A DNA stretch of 64,000 nucleotides, taken from assembly GCA_963668175.1 (NCBI GenBank), contig OY764159.1:960001-1024000 (forward strand). The letters are read 5' to 3'. Below the pieces are notes generated by a model, which was not told the origin of the DNA, did not search any database, and saw only the letters and a program-made list of their open reading frames with translations. A program made the translations under genes and the position numbers. This document shows positions 1-10,543 of the stretch, piece by piece. This DNA is from Syntrophales bacterium (lineage in GTDB: Bacteria; Desulfobacterota; Syntrophia; Syntrophales; PHBD01). How positions within the stretch are numbered: position 1 is the first letter of the stretch; each line of letters starts with the position of its first letter.

Positions 1-341
1 CGGGAGTGGGCATGGGCATGGGATTCATGATGCCCGCCATGTTTGCCGATGCCTTCCGGGCAGATCAGGCTCAGGCCCCGGGAACGCCGGCTCCCGTACA
101 ATGCACGGAGTGCCGGCAGGAGATTCCGGCGGATGCCAGATTCTGTCCCTACTGCGGTCATCAGCAAGTCATCATTCAGAGGTGTGAGCATTGCGGCAAG
201 AATCTGACCGCCAATGCCAAGTTCTGCCCTCGATGCGGGCAGGCAACCGATCGCAAGCCGGAAGCGAAGAAGTGTCCTCATTGCGGTACGGACAACCTTT
301 TCAATTCGATATTCTGTAATCAGTGCGGTGAACGGATCTAA
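1..341 (+). CDS. 5'-truncated protein with C-terminal zinc-ribbon repeats (probably SPFH/band-7 plus double zinc ribbon)
   Basis: Frame open from the window edge. GMGMG linker followed by six CxxC knuckles (CTEC/CPYC, CEHC/CPRC, CPHC/CNQC). Confidence 0.7.
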   Translation, partial: GVGMGMGFMMPAMFADAFRADQAQAPGTPAPVQCTECRQEIPADARFCPYCGHQQVIIQRCEHCGKNLTANAKFCPRCGQATDRKPEAKKCPHCGTDNLFNSIFCNQCGERI

Positions 342-1548
342 CTGGCAAGTCGAACATCAGTGCCCTCAATGCGGCGCCCCTGTTGTCCTGGACGAGACGT
401 TCCGGATACTGTCCTGCCCCTACTGCCGGACGAGGCTCTACATCGAGCCCGGCGACCATTTCCGGCATTGCATTCCTTCACGCGTCTCCGCCGGAGAGAT
501 GATCAACCTGCCGTACTGGCGGTGCAAGGGATCATGCTTCTCTTTCCGGGGCTTCGAAGCCAATCACCGTTTCCTCGATGCCAATCTGAGCGGCCTGGCC
601 GTGCCGGGAGTCCCGGAATCGCTCGGGTTGAGGCCCCAGGCCTTGCGGATGAAATTCGTATCTCCAGAACTGCCGGGGCAGTTCCTGCCACCCCGGTTGA
701 CGCTGCCGCAAATCATGGCCAGGATCACCGAAACCCACGTGCCGGGCGGTTCCTTTTATAGATTTATCGGCGAACTCACAAGCCTTGTCTATTCGCCCTT
801 CTACCGGAAACAGAATGTCCTCTACGACGCCGTGACCGACAGGCCGGCCTTAAACATCTCGCCCTCCGCGGACGAATGGCTGAAAGAGACCGCGGGGGCA
901 AACACCTGGCGAGTACGGTTCGTTTCGACCCTGTGTCCACAGTGCGGCTGGGATCTGGAAGGCGACAGGGACGCCCTCGTCCTGATTTGCCGTAACTGCA
1001 ACAGGGCCTGGCGATGCGAGGAAGGAGAGTTGAAAGAGCTGGCGTTCGCCGCCGTTGAGCATCCCCAGGCCGTTCTGTATCTGCCGTTCTGGCGACTTCG
1101 GGTCCGTATGGACGGTATCGATCTCGACAGTTATGCCGATCTGATCCGGGTTGCGAACCTGCCCAAGGCCGTTACACCCGCCTCCGAACGGAAACCCTTC
1201 TTCTATTGGCTGCCCGCATTCAAGGTGAATCCACAGCTGTACTTGCGAACAGCAAGACAGATGACCATCTATCAGCCGGAAGGGGACATGACCGCAACCT
1301 TTTCGGCCGGCCCTCGCCATCCGGTGAACCTTGCCGAGTCGGAAGCCCTGGAGGGAGTGGCGGTCGTTACGGCGGAAATCGCCACGGACAAACGCCGTCT
1401 CCTGCCGGTTCTGGCGAAAGCCAAAGCCGTGAAGGAGGACAGCCTTCTCATCTATCATCCTTTTGTCATGAAATATAACGAGCTCGTTCACGCATACACC
1501 GGGATGGCCATGGACCGGAACGCCCTGGCTTTCGGAGCTGCGCTTTAG
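328..1548 (+). CDS. Zinc-ribbon-containing hypothetical protein
   Basis: CPQCG...CPYC and CPQCG...CRNC pairs. GTG at 328 is in frame with ORF 214..1548 and overlaps the end of the upstream gene. Confidence 0.7.
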   Translation: MNGSNWQVEHQCPQCGAPVVLDETFRILSCPYCRTRLYIEPGDHFRHCIPSRVSAGEMINLPYWRCKGSCFSFRGFEANHRFLDANLSGLAVPGVPESLGLRPQALRMKFVSPELPGQFLPPRLTLPQIMARITETHVPGGSFYRFIGELTSLVYSPFYRKQNVLYDAVTDRPALNISPSADEWLKETAGANTWRVRFVSTLCPQCGWDLEGDRDALVLICRNCNRAWRCEEGELKELAFAAVEHPQAVLYLPFWRLRVRMDGIDLDSYADLIRVANLPKAVTPASERKPFFYWLPAFKVNPQLYLRTARQMTIYQPEGDMTATFSAGPRHPVNLAESEALEGVAVVTAEIATDKRRLLPVLAKAKAVKEDSLLIYHPFVMKYNELVHAYTGMAMDRNALAFGAAL

Positions 1549-1703
1549 ACGGCGCCCTCTCGCGCAGAAATCGTCCCGGTTATATGCCCACGTGGAATAT
1601 TTGACCGTCCTCTCCGGCGCACTGAAAAAAGCATCGACAAACGCCTCAAAATAACCTATCCATCAATTACAGGACAGACATATTCCAGGGAGGTGTGTGC
1701 CGT

Positions 1704-2105
1704 ATGAAAAGGGACGGTCGGTCAAGCTGTTCGATCCGGGGTAAGTACTTTCTGGCGGTAGTAGTGTTCTTGGCATCAGTCCTTTTCGTCGCTCCCTCTG
1801 CAATAGCTGCCGGGAAAGACTCTGAGGAGCAGGTCGACGCATCGAATGCCTATGCCTTCTTCTGCGGGAAACGAGGCGATCTCACCGCGCCCCAATGCGC
1901 CGTTCTTTTTGGGGAATACTCGATGAAGGGTCATAAAGGCCACGTGTTCGTCTGCTCGGCGAACGACAAGGTCTTCGGGTGTGTATCCGGACTGTGCGAG
2001 GAACTGTCGACGTTTGTCAGCCGTATCGAAACAGATTATCCCATCAACAAATATACACAGTTGTGCGATCTTCTCTGCGGACCTTGCAAAACGGGCTGGA
2101 AGTGA
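1704..2105 (+). CDS. Small exported Cys-rich hypothetical protein
   Basis: GGAGG upstream of ATG 1704, signal-peptide-like stretch ending AIA-A, 8 Cys in the mature region. Confidence 0.6.
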   Translation: MKRDGRSSCSIRGKYFLAVVVFLASVLFVAPSAIAAGKDSEEQVDASNAYAFFCGKRGDLTAPQCAVLFGEYSMKGHKGHVFVCSANDKVFGCVSGLCEELSTFVSRIETDYPINKYTQLCDLLCGPCKTGWK

Positions 2106-2248
2106 TGATTCGTTGTTCCCTTATTTTCGATACGCTGCCCGGCTGATTTCGCGGTCAGACAGGCGTTTGGGTCTCCAGGAATCGTTTCGTCAGGCGATCC
2201 CGGAGAGGCACCGGCCTGTCGTATCACACCAATGCGCTTCCGGAAGGC

Positions 2249-3187
2249 TCACTTGTCTTTCTTCTGATAATGCTGATAATGGACGGGGATTTTCGGGCTG
2301 TCGTAATCATCCTGCGACATTTTCAGCATCATCTCAACGGCGGCTATATCCAGCTTTATTCTGCGGATCTTTTCATCGTACTGGGGCAATTCCTTCTTCA
2401 TCCTGTTTCTTGCATCGAGGGGCATAAACGGTTTGTCACGAAGCTCTTTCTGAATTTCATCCCGTTTGGCCACGAAGACCGCCAGTTTATCCCTCAGGGT
2501 CTTGATCTTTTCCTCGTTGGTCAATTCCCCTTTAGGTACGGCGGCTTTCTGCTCCTCCGAAGCGCTTCTTGCCGTTTCACCGGGCTCGATGGGCTCCATC
2601 GTGGCGGCGGGCTGCTGGGGGGCGGCAGGAGTTGCCGGCGGTCTCGGTGTGCTTGGGGCAGACCTCATATCTGCAGTCCGAACATTGAGGACACGGTAGT
2701 CCTGCTCTTTTTTGGCGGCGGCATCGACAGTCTTGATACAGACATCGATGACGAAATCGCCTTTTATCGTGGAAAAAGGGATGACGATGCTGGGTGCCCG
2801 CAAGATGTGCATGACGGTATGACCCTTGCCGTAAACGACCGTAGGGATAGCTGCAAATACGGTCATGCCTTGCTTTTCCAGATAGGATCGAGCCACGCCT
2901 GAGACCATGTTGGTGATCTCTCCGGCGGCGTCGAAGACGTCTTTGTTGACGTCCGTAAAGACTTCGCCGAGCATGTTGCCGACGATACCGCAGATACAGG
3001 ATTCGGAAAAACTGATGGCCAGGGAGCCGATCGCATCTCCCGTGATGCCGATAATGGCAGAAACGTCGCCGGCCGCCGCATCGGTCGTTTTCAGATAAGG
3101 CTTGCCGGCTACGGGATCGAGAAAAGCCATGGTCTTAATGACTTCCAGTGTGCCATTTAAAAATGGATTAATAAATTTGACGTCCAT
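2249..3187 (-). CDS. cheX: CheX-family chemotaxis phosphatase with long C-terminal extension
   Basis: MDVKFINPFL start, GEITNMVSG (ExxN) catalytic motif, PTVVYGKGH. Confidence 0.8.
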   Translation of the reverse strand: MDVKFINPFLNGTLEVIKTMAFLDPVAGKPYLKTTDAAAGDVSAIIGITGDAIGSLAISFSESCICGIVGNMLGEVFTDVNKDVFDAAGEITNMVSGVARSYLEKQGMTVFAAIPTVVYGKGHTVMHILRAPSIVIPFSTIKGDFVIDVCIKTVDAAAKKEQDYRVLNVRTADMRSAPSTPRPPATPAAPQQPAATMEPIEPGETARSASEEQKAAVPKGELTNEEKIKTLRDKLAVFVAKRDEIQKELRDKPFMPLDARNRMKKELPQYDEKIRRIKLDIAAVEMMLKMSQDDYDSPKIPVHYQHYQKKDK

Positions 3188-3431
3188 GCTCGATCCCTTT
3201 CGTTTTGAATTCCCCTCCCCCCTTTCTTGCTTTATCTTCTGCCAACTATACAATGAAAGAATTTGTCATGCAACCAAAATCATTTTAAAATCCGATATTC
3301 AAACGGATAAGGTATTTTCCTTTTTGAAGCCAGGCATGGTATATTCATATGAATAGTCATTCAGACATTCCGCAGAGCTCGTTCCATCGATTGCAGCCTG
3401 TTTAATGAAGATAGATTCAAGAAAGGAGTTA

Positions 3432-6416
3432 ATGATGAAATCTTTCCAATTATGTCCGGTACCTACGCTGGCCGCCGGAGCGGTTCTCCACGGTTTTGGC
3501 GTTATTCGTGTCGAGCAGATCCCGGATATAGGCGTTACGGCATACGAAATAGAGCATAAGATAACTGGGGCGAAAGTGCTTCATCTCCACAGCAACGATA
3601 CGGAAAACCTCTATGCCATCGGTTTTCGGACGCCGCCTTTCGATTCCACGGGCGTACCCCATATACTTGAACATTCCGTCCTGGCCGGATCGGAGCGATA
3701 CCCCTTAAAGGATGCCTTCAATGAGCTCTTGAAGGGGACCCTTCAGACCTTCATCAACGCCTTCACCTATCCCGACAAGACCCTATACCCCGTTGCCAGC
3801 CAGATCAAGGCCGATTTTTACAATCTTGCCCGCGTCTATACGGATCTGGTCCTTAGGCCGCGGCTGCTCAAGGAAACCTTCTTCCAGGAGGGACATCATC
3901 TTGAATTCACGAAGCCCGATGACGTTGAGAGCGACCTTACCGTATCGGGTGTCGTTTTCAATGAGATGAAGGGGGCCTATTCATCCCCCGATTCCCTGAT
4001 GTATAAAATAATCCAGGAAAATCTCTACCCGGATACGACCTATGCCTGCGACTCCGGGGGCAATCCCGACGATATCCCTTCTCTGACCTATGAACAGTTC
4101 GTGGCCTTTCATCACCGGTACTATTCCCCCTCCAACGCCCGGATATTTCTCTTCGGAGACATACCGACTGCGGACCATCTGGCCTTTCTCGAAGAGATGC
4201 TGGCGGGCTTTACCCGCGTGGAGGTGGACTCGCAGGTACTGGGCCAGCCACGCTGGCGGCAGCCTGCTGCTGTTCGGGGCTATTATCCCGTGGGGATGAA
4301 CGAAGAACTCGGGAAGAAGACGGCGGTCAATATCGCCTGGATGATGGCGGACAATACGGATTATGAAGCGGCAACCCTGCTGGCTATCGTTTCCGGCCTC
4401 CTTGTCGGCAATTCGGCAAGCCCTTTGCGCAAAGCCCTCATCGACTCGGGCCTCGGTGAAGACCTGTCTCCGGTGACGGGTATCGAGCCGGACCTGAGGC
4501 AAATCGCCTTTGCCGTGGGCCTGCGGGGTGCCGATGCGGAAGCCGCCTCCGCGATCGAATCGCTGGTTATGGGTACCCTGAAAAAGTTGGCGGAAGAGGG
4601 TTTTGACCGCGAATTAATCGAGGGCACTCTTCATCAGGTCGAATTTCATGGCAAGGAAATCGTTCGGAAAACGATGCCTTACGGGATTACTCTCATGTCC
4701 AGGGCCTATCATACCTGGCTCTACGACAGCGATCCCCTCGTGGGCCTTAATTTCCCGAAGATCATCGAGCGGGTCCGCGAACAGTGGAAGCAAAATCCCG
4801 CTCTTTTTCAGGACATCGTGAGGACGTGGTTTCTGGAGAACCCGCACCGGCTGCTGTCCGTTATGGAGCCGAGCAAGACCTATCAGAAGGAGCGCGAGGA
4901 CGCTTTCAGGAAAAAGATGGCCGATCTTCGGTCTTCGCTTTCCCGGGAGGAACTTGAAACGATCCGCGACCGGGCGGCTGCTCTCGTGAAGTACCAGTCG
5001 GAGCCCGACACGCCGGAAGCTGCGGCCAGCCTGCCGCGGCTGAAGACGGCCGATATTTCCCGTGAGGCGGATTACGTGCCCACCGAGATGAAATCGATTG
5101 ACGGCGTTCCCGTTCTGGCCCACGATATATTTACCAACGGCATCGCCTACCTGGATTTCGTTTTCGATGTCGCGGACGTGCCGGAGGAGTTACAGCCCTT
5201 CTTGCCCCTTCTGGGAAAACTCATGACCAATATGGGCGCGGCCGGTTTCAGCTATGAGGACATGGCCAAGCGGATTACCCTGAAAACCGGCGGCCTCAGT
5301 TTCAGCACATCCTGCGGGTTCGCGGCCGACGGCTCGGGAGGATGGCAGAAGATGATCGTGAGCGTTAAATCCCTTTACAGGAATCTCGGAGACACTGTCG
5401 GCATCATGACGGACGTGCTGACGAAGGCTGATTTCTCCAACGAAGCCCGCATGAAGGACCTGCTCGTGGAAAAGAAGAACCGTCTTCATGCCGCCGTCGT
5501 ACCTTCCGGCCATCTCTTCGCCAAAATGGTCGCAGGCGCCGGAATTTCGACCCCGGCCTACCGGGACGAGCAGTGGCACGGCCGGACCCAGCTTCGTTTC
5601 CTCACGGCGATGGTTTCATCCCTGGGTGAAGAAAAGGAAAACATCCTGGATAAAATAGGGTCCCTTTACAGGACGGTCATCGGCAGGAAACGCCTGATCA
5701 TCAATATGACAGCCGATCCGGAAGGAATGGCCGGACTCTCCGCCGCCCTGCCGATCCTGTTAAATGCGTTGCCCGAAGGGGGCAGCGGCAAAGCAGATTA
5801 TCCGTCCCTGTCTCCCGTCCGCGTCGGGATATCCGTTCCGGCGGAGGTGTCCTATGTGGCGGAAGTGATGAACGCCCCGACCTACAAGGACAGGCAGGCC
5901 CCCTATCTTCTGGTGTTGGCCAAGTACTTGTCCAACAATTTCCTGTATAAGCGCGTCCGTGTCCAGGGCGGGGCCTATGGGGGGATGTCCCTTTACGATC
6001 CCTTAAGCGGCCTCTTTTCCTTCCTCTCGTACCGCGACCCCCGCATTGCCGAAACGCTGCGCGTCTACGATGAAGCCAGGATCTTTCTCGACGGCGGGGC
6101 CATCAGCGCCGAAGAGATCGAGAAGGCCGTGATCGGGACGATAGGCTCTTTGGACAGGCCGATGGACCCGTACGGGCGGGGCCATATCGCGCTCATACGC
6201 CATCTTGCGGGATTGACGGATGCCTTTCGCCGGGGACTCAGAAAGAATATCCTGGATGCGACTTCCCGGGATATCCGGGAGGCGGCGTCATGCGTCCTGT
6301 CCCCGGGTGTTGCCGCCGGCAGGACGGCCCGGGCGGTCATCGCTTCGGAAGAGAATCTCCTCAAGGCCAATCGGGCACTGGAGGACAAGCTGAATATCGA
6401 GCCGCTGGCCGACTGA
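3432..6416 (+). CDS. M16C (PreP/Cym1-like) insulinase-family zinc metallopeptidase
   Basis: HILEH inverted zinc motif, INAFTYPDKT, VRVQGGAYGG, SYRDP. AAGGAG precedes ATG 3432. Confidence 0.92.
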   Translation: MMKSFQLCPVPTLAAGAVLHGFGVIRVEQIPDIGVTAYEIEHKITGAKVLHLHSNDTENLYAIGFRTPPFDSTGVPHILEHSVLAGSERYPLKDAFNELLKGTLQTFINAFTYPDKTLYPVASQIKADFYNLARVYTDLVLRPRLLKETFFQEGHHLEFTKPDDVESDLTVSGVVFNEMKGAYSSPDSLMYKIIQENLYPDTTYACDSGGNPDDIPSLTYEQFVAFHHRYYSPSNARIFLFGDIPTADHLAFLEEMLAGFTRVEVDSQVLGQPRWRQPAAVRGYYPVGMNEELGKKTAVNIAWMMADNTDYEAATLLAIVSGLLVGNSASPLRKALIDSGLGEDLSPVTGIEPDLRQIAFAVGLRGADAEAASAIESLVMGTLKKLAEEGFDRELIEGTLHQVEFHGKEIVRKTMPYGITLMSRAYHTWLYDSDPLVGLNFPKIIERVREQWKQNPALFQDIVRTWFLENPHRLLSVMEPSKTYQKEREDAFRKKMADLRSSLSREELETIRDRAAALVKYQSEPDTPEAAASLPRLKTADISREADYVPTEMKSIDGVPVLAHDIFTNGIAYLDFVFDVADVPEELQPFLPLLGKLMTNMGAAGFSYEDMAKRITLKTGGLSFSTSCGFAADGSGGWQKMIVSVKSLYRNLGDTVGIMTDVLTKADFSNEARMKDLLVEKKNRLHAAVVPSGHLFAKMVAGAGISTPAYRDEQWHGRTQLRFLTAMVSSLGEEKENILDKIGSLYRTVIGRKRLIINMTADPEGMAGLSAALPILLNALPEGGSGKADYPSLSPVRVGISVPAEVSYVAEVMNAPTYKDRQAPYLLVLAKYLSNNFLYKRVRVQGGAYGGMSLYDPLSGLFSFLSYRDPRIAETLRVYDEARIFLDGGAISAEEIEKAVIGTIGSLDRPMDPYGRGHIALIRHLAGLTDAFRRGLRKNILDATSRDIREAASCVLSPGVAAGRTARAVIASEENLLKANRALEDKLNIEPLAD

Positions 6417-6446
6417 CGATAAAGGGTACGGAAGAGAGGATGACGG

Positions 6447-8150
6447 TTATAAGGACTCCAGGCGACGCCTGCCCCGGTGCATGGGCAGGATAACGGCCAG
6501 GAGGCAGAGGGCGAACGCAGCGAAGAACGAGAAGATCGATCCGGCCCACTGCCAAAAGGAAAGTTGGCGGCCGCGGAGGCCCGACATGAAGATGGCATAA
6601 ACCGGTCCTGCTTCGAGAACGATGACCAGGCAGACGAAGACGGCGCAAAAAGCCATGAAGAGAAGTCCGCCGAAACTCGTGACGGACTGGCCGGGATTTT
6701 CCGACTGGAAGTCCGGATAGATCGCCCCCACGCCCACTCCCATTGCCACGATACCGGGAACGATACAGAAGATGGTTGCCGTGGAAAGGGCCATCATGAA
6801 GGGCGTCACGTCCAGGAGGATGTTCGTCACGACGATCAGGAGCTCCGCGAGGATGAGGAGCGGCACGAAATAGACGAAAAATTTGATCCACAGAAACGTC
6901 CCGACAGGCATGGGGGCGGCCTGAACGATCCAGAAGGCTTTTCCCTCGATGCTGACGGCAGGATAAACAAAACGCGCCGCGATGGCCGCCAGGACAAAGG
7001 AGGCCAGCCCCACGTTCAGAAAAGAAAAGAGATTCTGCAGATAGACCGTCTGGAGGGGAGACTTGTCCAGCGGAAGAACCGAAAAATTGAAAATGTAGAC
7101 GACGATCAGGGCAACGATCAGGAAGACTTGCGGCCACTGCGTCTGGTCCCGGAAGAAGGTCCTGATTTCCTTCACGGCGAAGGCCTTCGCCGGGCCGGGA
7201 AGGAAGTTGAACAGGGAAGTCCAGCCGAGGCGGCTGTTCAGGCGGACGGGAAACAGCCTTCCCGGCGTGGTCTGTGATTTTGAAAAACCGGAAAAATAGA
7301 GAGCACCGGCCGTCCATGAGGCAATAAAGATGAGGCTTGCCGCCAGGCTCCATGTCAGGGCGAGGTCCAGGGCGGCGCTCTTGGCGGCGCCGTAATAGCC
7401 GCTCAGGGTGGCGCGGATGCTGTCGATGATCCAGGTCGTGGGAAGCAGATCCGACCCGGGCGTTTCCAGTGTCCGGAAATAGAGTACGAGGGACGAGAAG
7501 GCATCGGGGTTGACCAGGCGTTCAGGCTGCATCAGGCGGAGGGCCAAAATCAGGACGAGAAACAGGATAAACCCGAAGAAGATGAAGACGGTCCGGATGC
7601 GGCCAGCGGGCAGGACGACCGCCGCAATCAGGACGACGATCGCGCTCAGGGCCGAGGCGATAAGGCATAGGGGCACCATGGCCAGGGCGACCGTCGCGTA
7701 GAACAAGAAACTCACATTATAGACGATGCCGTAAGCGATGAAGATCGGGAGGCTGTAAACAACGACCATCCAGGAGCTGTCGACAGTGCTTTCCAGCCAG
7801 CGGGAGAGGAATATTTCCTTCCGGGAGACGGGAAGGGCGTGGACGAGGTGAAGGTCGTGGCTGAGATAGAGCTTCGACAGGATGTTGATAACGCTGCTGA
7901 ACAGCATCAGGCTGAAGAACGTGATGACGACCATGGACAGAAGCTTGGCGGCGAGGATATCCCCGAATCCTTCGATGGTCTTGAAGTATGTAAGCATCCG
8001 GTAGAAAGCGATGAAGATGCCCGTCCAGAAAATCACGCCGACGGATCCGAAGAGCAGAAGCCGCATCTTTCGACCCTTGGCCCGGCGGGAAAGCTGTCCG
8101 TTCCTGAAGGACCATATGCGCGGTTTGATCAGCGTCCATACACCGTTCAT
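6447..8150 (-). CDS. ABC exporter-type permease (multi-TM)
   Basis: Many hydrophobic segments, KEIRTFFRD and SIEGKAFW motifs, 4-nt overlap with the ATPase gene. Confidence 0.8.
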   Translation of the reverse strand: MNGVWTLIKPRIWSFRNGQLSRRAKGRKMRLLLFGSVGVIFWTGIFIAFYRMLTYFKTIEGFGDILAAKLLSMVVITFFSLMLFSSVINILSKLYLSHDLHLVHALPVSRKEIFLSRWLESTVDSSWMVVVYSLPIFIAYGIVYNVSFLFYATVALAMVPLCLIASALSAIVVLIAAVVLPAGRIRTVFIFFGFILFLVLILALRLMQPERLVNPDAFSSLVLYFRTLETPGSDLLPTTWIIDSIRATLSGYYGAAKSAALDLALTWSLAASLIFIASWTAGALYFSGFSKSQTTPGRLFPVRLNSRLGWTSLFNFLPGPAKAFAVKEIRTFFRDQTQWPQVFLIVALIVVYIFNFSVLPLDKSPLQTVYLQNLFSFLNVGLASFVLAAIAARFVYPAVSIEGKAFWIVQAAPMPVGTFLWIKFFVYFVPLLILAELLIVVTNILLDVTPFMMALSTATIFCIVPGIVAMGVGVGAIYPDFQSENPGQSVTSFGGLLFMAFCAVFVCLVIVLEAGPVYAIFMSGLRGRQLSFWQWAGSIFSFFAAFALCLLAVILPMHRGRRRLESL

Positions 8151-8881
8151 ACCAGGGCGTCCTCTCTGGTGAGAATCAAAAACACCTCTTCGAGATCGGC
8201 GTCCCGGACCTGGGCGGCGCGGCCTAACTCGCCCGTGTTTCCCAGGGCGACGAGATTGCCCCGGTGGATGATCCCGATCCGGTCGCAGATGTCTTCGGCG
8301 ATCGACAGGGTGTGCGTCGACATGAAGACGGTCGTTCCCTCGTCGGCCAATCTGCGCAGCGTGGTCTTGACAAGCCTGATACCGGCCGGGTCCAGGCCCA
8401 CCATGGGTTCGTCCACGATCAGCACCCGGGGGTCGTGTAACAGCGCCGCCGCAATGATCAGCCGCTGCTTCATGCCGTGGGAGTACGCCTCGATCAGCTC
8501 CTGGGACCAGTCCCAGAGGGAAAAGGTTTCCAGGAGGTCCTTGGCCTTCGGGAAGAAACTGGACTCGTCCACGCCGTAAAGGGCGGCCGAAAACTTCATG
8601 AACTCCATGCCCGTGAGCTTTTCATAGAGATAGGGGCGGTCGGGGATGAAGCCGATTTCCTTCTTGGCTTTTACGGGTTCGTCGGCCAGGGAAATGCCGG
8701 CGACGGTGACGGAACCCTCCGTCGGGGAGAGAACGCCGCCGATGATGCGGATGGTTGTTGTCTTCCCTGCGCCGTTGGGGCCGATAAATCCGAATATCTC
8801 TCCCGCCTGTACGGTGAGGTTCAGTTTGTTGACCGCGGTGGTTTCGCCGTAGCGCTTGGTAAGATTATGAATTTCGATCAT
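8147..8881 (-). CDS. ABC transporter ATP-binding protein
   Basis: GPNGAGKTT Walker A, YSHGMKQR signature, IVDEP Walker B, STH switch. Confidence 0.95.
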   Translation of the reverse strand: MIEIHNLTKRYGETTAVNKLNLTVQAGEIFGFIGPNGAGKTTTIRIIGGVLSPTEGSVTVAGISLADEPVKAKKEIGFIPDRPYLYEKLTGMEFMKFSAALYGVDESSFFPKAKDLLETFSLWDWSQELIEAYSHGMKQRLIIAAALLHDPRVLIVDEPMVGLDPAGIRLVKTTLRRLADEGTTVFMSTHTLSIAEDICDRIGIIHRGNLVALGNTGELGRAAQVRDADLEEVFLILTREDALV

Positions 8882-10376
8882 GCGTCTCCGTTCCTTGCGA
8901 CGTCTTGAGGATTTCCAGTTTCAGCTTGCCGATGACGCCCATCAAATCGAGCTGCCGTTCGGCGTCGCCCCGGATCAGGCGGATATGGGTCACATCGGCC
9001 GGCACCTGGTTCATGACGGCGTCGACGGTTATCCATTGCCCCGTATAGAGGACATTCCACGCGTGATAATAGAACCGTCCCTTCTGATAGACGATTCCCG
9101 CTTCGATCTGGGCGGGAATGCCCGCGGCCCTGGCCAGGGCGGCGACAAGGACGGCGTGTTCGTTGCAGTCCCCCACCCTGTTGACCAGCGTATCGAGGGC
9201 GTTGGGTATGGATAGGACGGGTCGCTTTTCAATATTCCTGTAGACCCAGTTCACGATCTTCTCCGCCTTGACCCTGGTTGTGTCGGTCGGTTTGACGATC
9301 TCTCTGGCCTTCTGGCGGATCATGTAGTCGCTTGCCTGGATGAAGGGCGTTGCCTTGATGAAATCGCCTCTGTTCCGGAGTATCTTGTTGACGCCGCCGG
9401 ACTCCTCCCTGACGACGGTCAGGATGCCGTTGCGGTAGGTTTGCCGGTCTCCTTCGAGGTCCAGGTTTCCCGCCGGTATGCCGTTCATTTTCACGACGAG
9501 CGTGTTCAGACGGGCCGTGTCCGCAATCGTAACGTTGGCCGGTATCGAGACCATTTCCGTCAGATCGGCGCTGGCTGAGCCTGATCGGGAGCTTAAGGCC
9601 TGCTCCCGGGCGACCCTTTCCATGCCGATCCCCATGATGCCTTCTTCCCTGACGACATCGCCGTTCCGGTCGATCCAGGCATACTGCCGCGCGCCCATGA
9701 AATCCATGGAGACCTTCCGGGCCCTGTAGCTTATGCCGCCCGCGACCACCGTTTCTTCGTCCATCATGGATACCGTCACCGGGCGCTGTCCCATGGATGT
9801 CGGATCGAAGGCATAAAGCGTCCTGCTCTGTCCGGGTTTAAGTCCCAGGCCCCAGGCCGTATCGAGGATGTTGTTCGCCAGTTGCGGCTTCTCCTTCAGG
9901 GGAATGTTCGCAGTCTTCTCTTCGCCCGCCGTCTTGTAATGGATATCCATGCTCCGGCCCTTGACCGAGCCCTGTAGGGAGAAACGAAAGAGATTTGACT
10001 GGAGGCTGAAGGAAAAGGATGACAGGGTCATGTCGGGATTGAGCTCGCTTTCCGTCCTGAAGCTCATCCCCTGGACGACGCCCATGGTATTGATGCGCAT
10101 GGATACCGATTCCTCCAGCCGGTACCCCAGGTCTGTGAGGGACATCCTGCGGTGCGCATGGCCTATCGTGTTTCCGTTCTGGATGATGGCCATCCATGTT
10201 TCCTTCGGGGACGATGCTTTGATCGGCGGTGATGCCGGAGCTGTGAATGGGGACGTGAAACTGCTGAAGAGGTTGAGGCGAAAGGCCAGAAGGACCAGAA
10301 AAACGAGGATGGATACCCCTCCCGCCAGCCAATGCCATTTATCTCTGGAAATGATCATAGGGTGCTTCAATACCAT
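8865..10376 (-). CDS. Membrane-anchored transglutaminase-like (Cys-His-Asp) domain protein
   Basis: N-terminal TM helix, GDCNEH / YHAWN / VDA triad. Start uncertain. Confidence 0.85.
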   Translation of the reverse strand: MVLKHPMIISRDKWHWLAGGVSILVFLVLLAFRLNLFSSFTSPFTAPASPPIKASSPKETWMAIIQNGNTIGHAHRRMSLTDLGYRLEESVSMRINTMGVVQGMSFRTESELNPDMTLSSFSFSLQSNLFRFSLQGSVKGRSMDIHYKTAGEEKTANIPLKEKPQLANNILDTAWGLGLKPGQSRTLYAFDPTSMGQRPVTVSMMDEETVVAGGISYRARKVSMDFMGARQYAWIDRNGDVVREEGIMGIGMERVAREQALSSRSGSASADLTEMVSIPANVTIADTARLNTLVVKMNGIPAGNLDLEGDRQTYRNGILTVVREESGGVNKILRNRGDFIKATPFIQASDYMIRQKAREIVKPTDTTRVKAEKIVNWVYRNIEKRPVLSIPNALDTLVNRVGDCNEHAVLVAALARAAGIPAQIEAGIVYQKGRFYYHAWNVLYTGQWITVDAVMNQVPADVTHIRLIRGDAERQLDLMGVIGKLKLEILKTSQGTETHDRNS

Positions 10377-10543
10377 TTCTCTTTCGGAAGAATTATAGGG
10401 AACAGACCGCCCCGTGTCAATAAAAACGCTGATTATCTTTGAAAATCCGACTTGTCAGGGGGGGCTTTTTTTGCTAACCTCAAATTATTCCGGTTACATC
10501 CGTCTCGCAGCCGGCTTGCCGGCGCCTCTATAAAAGGAAGAAA

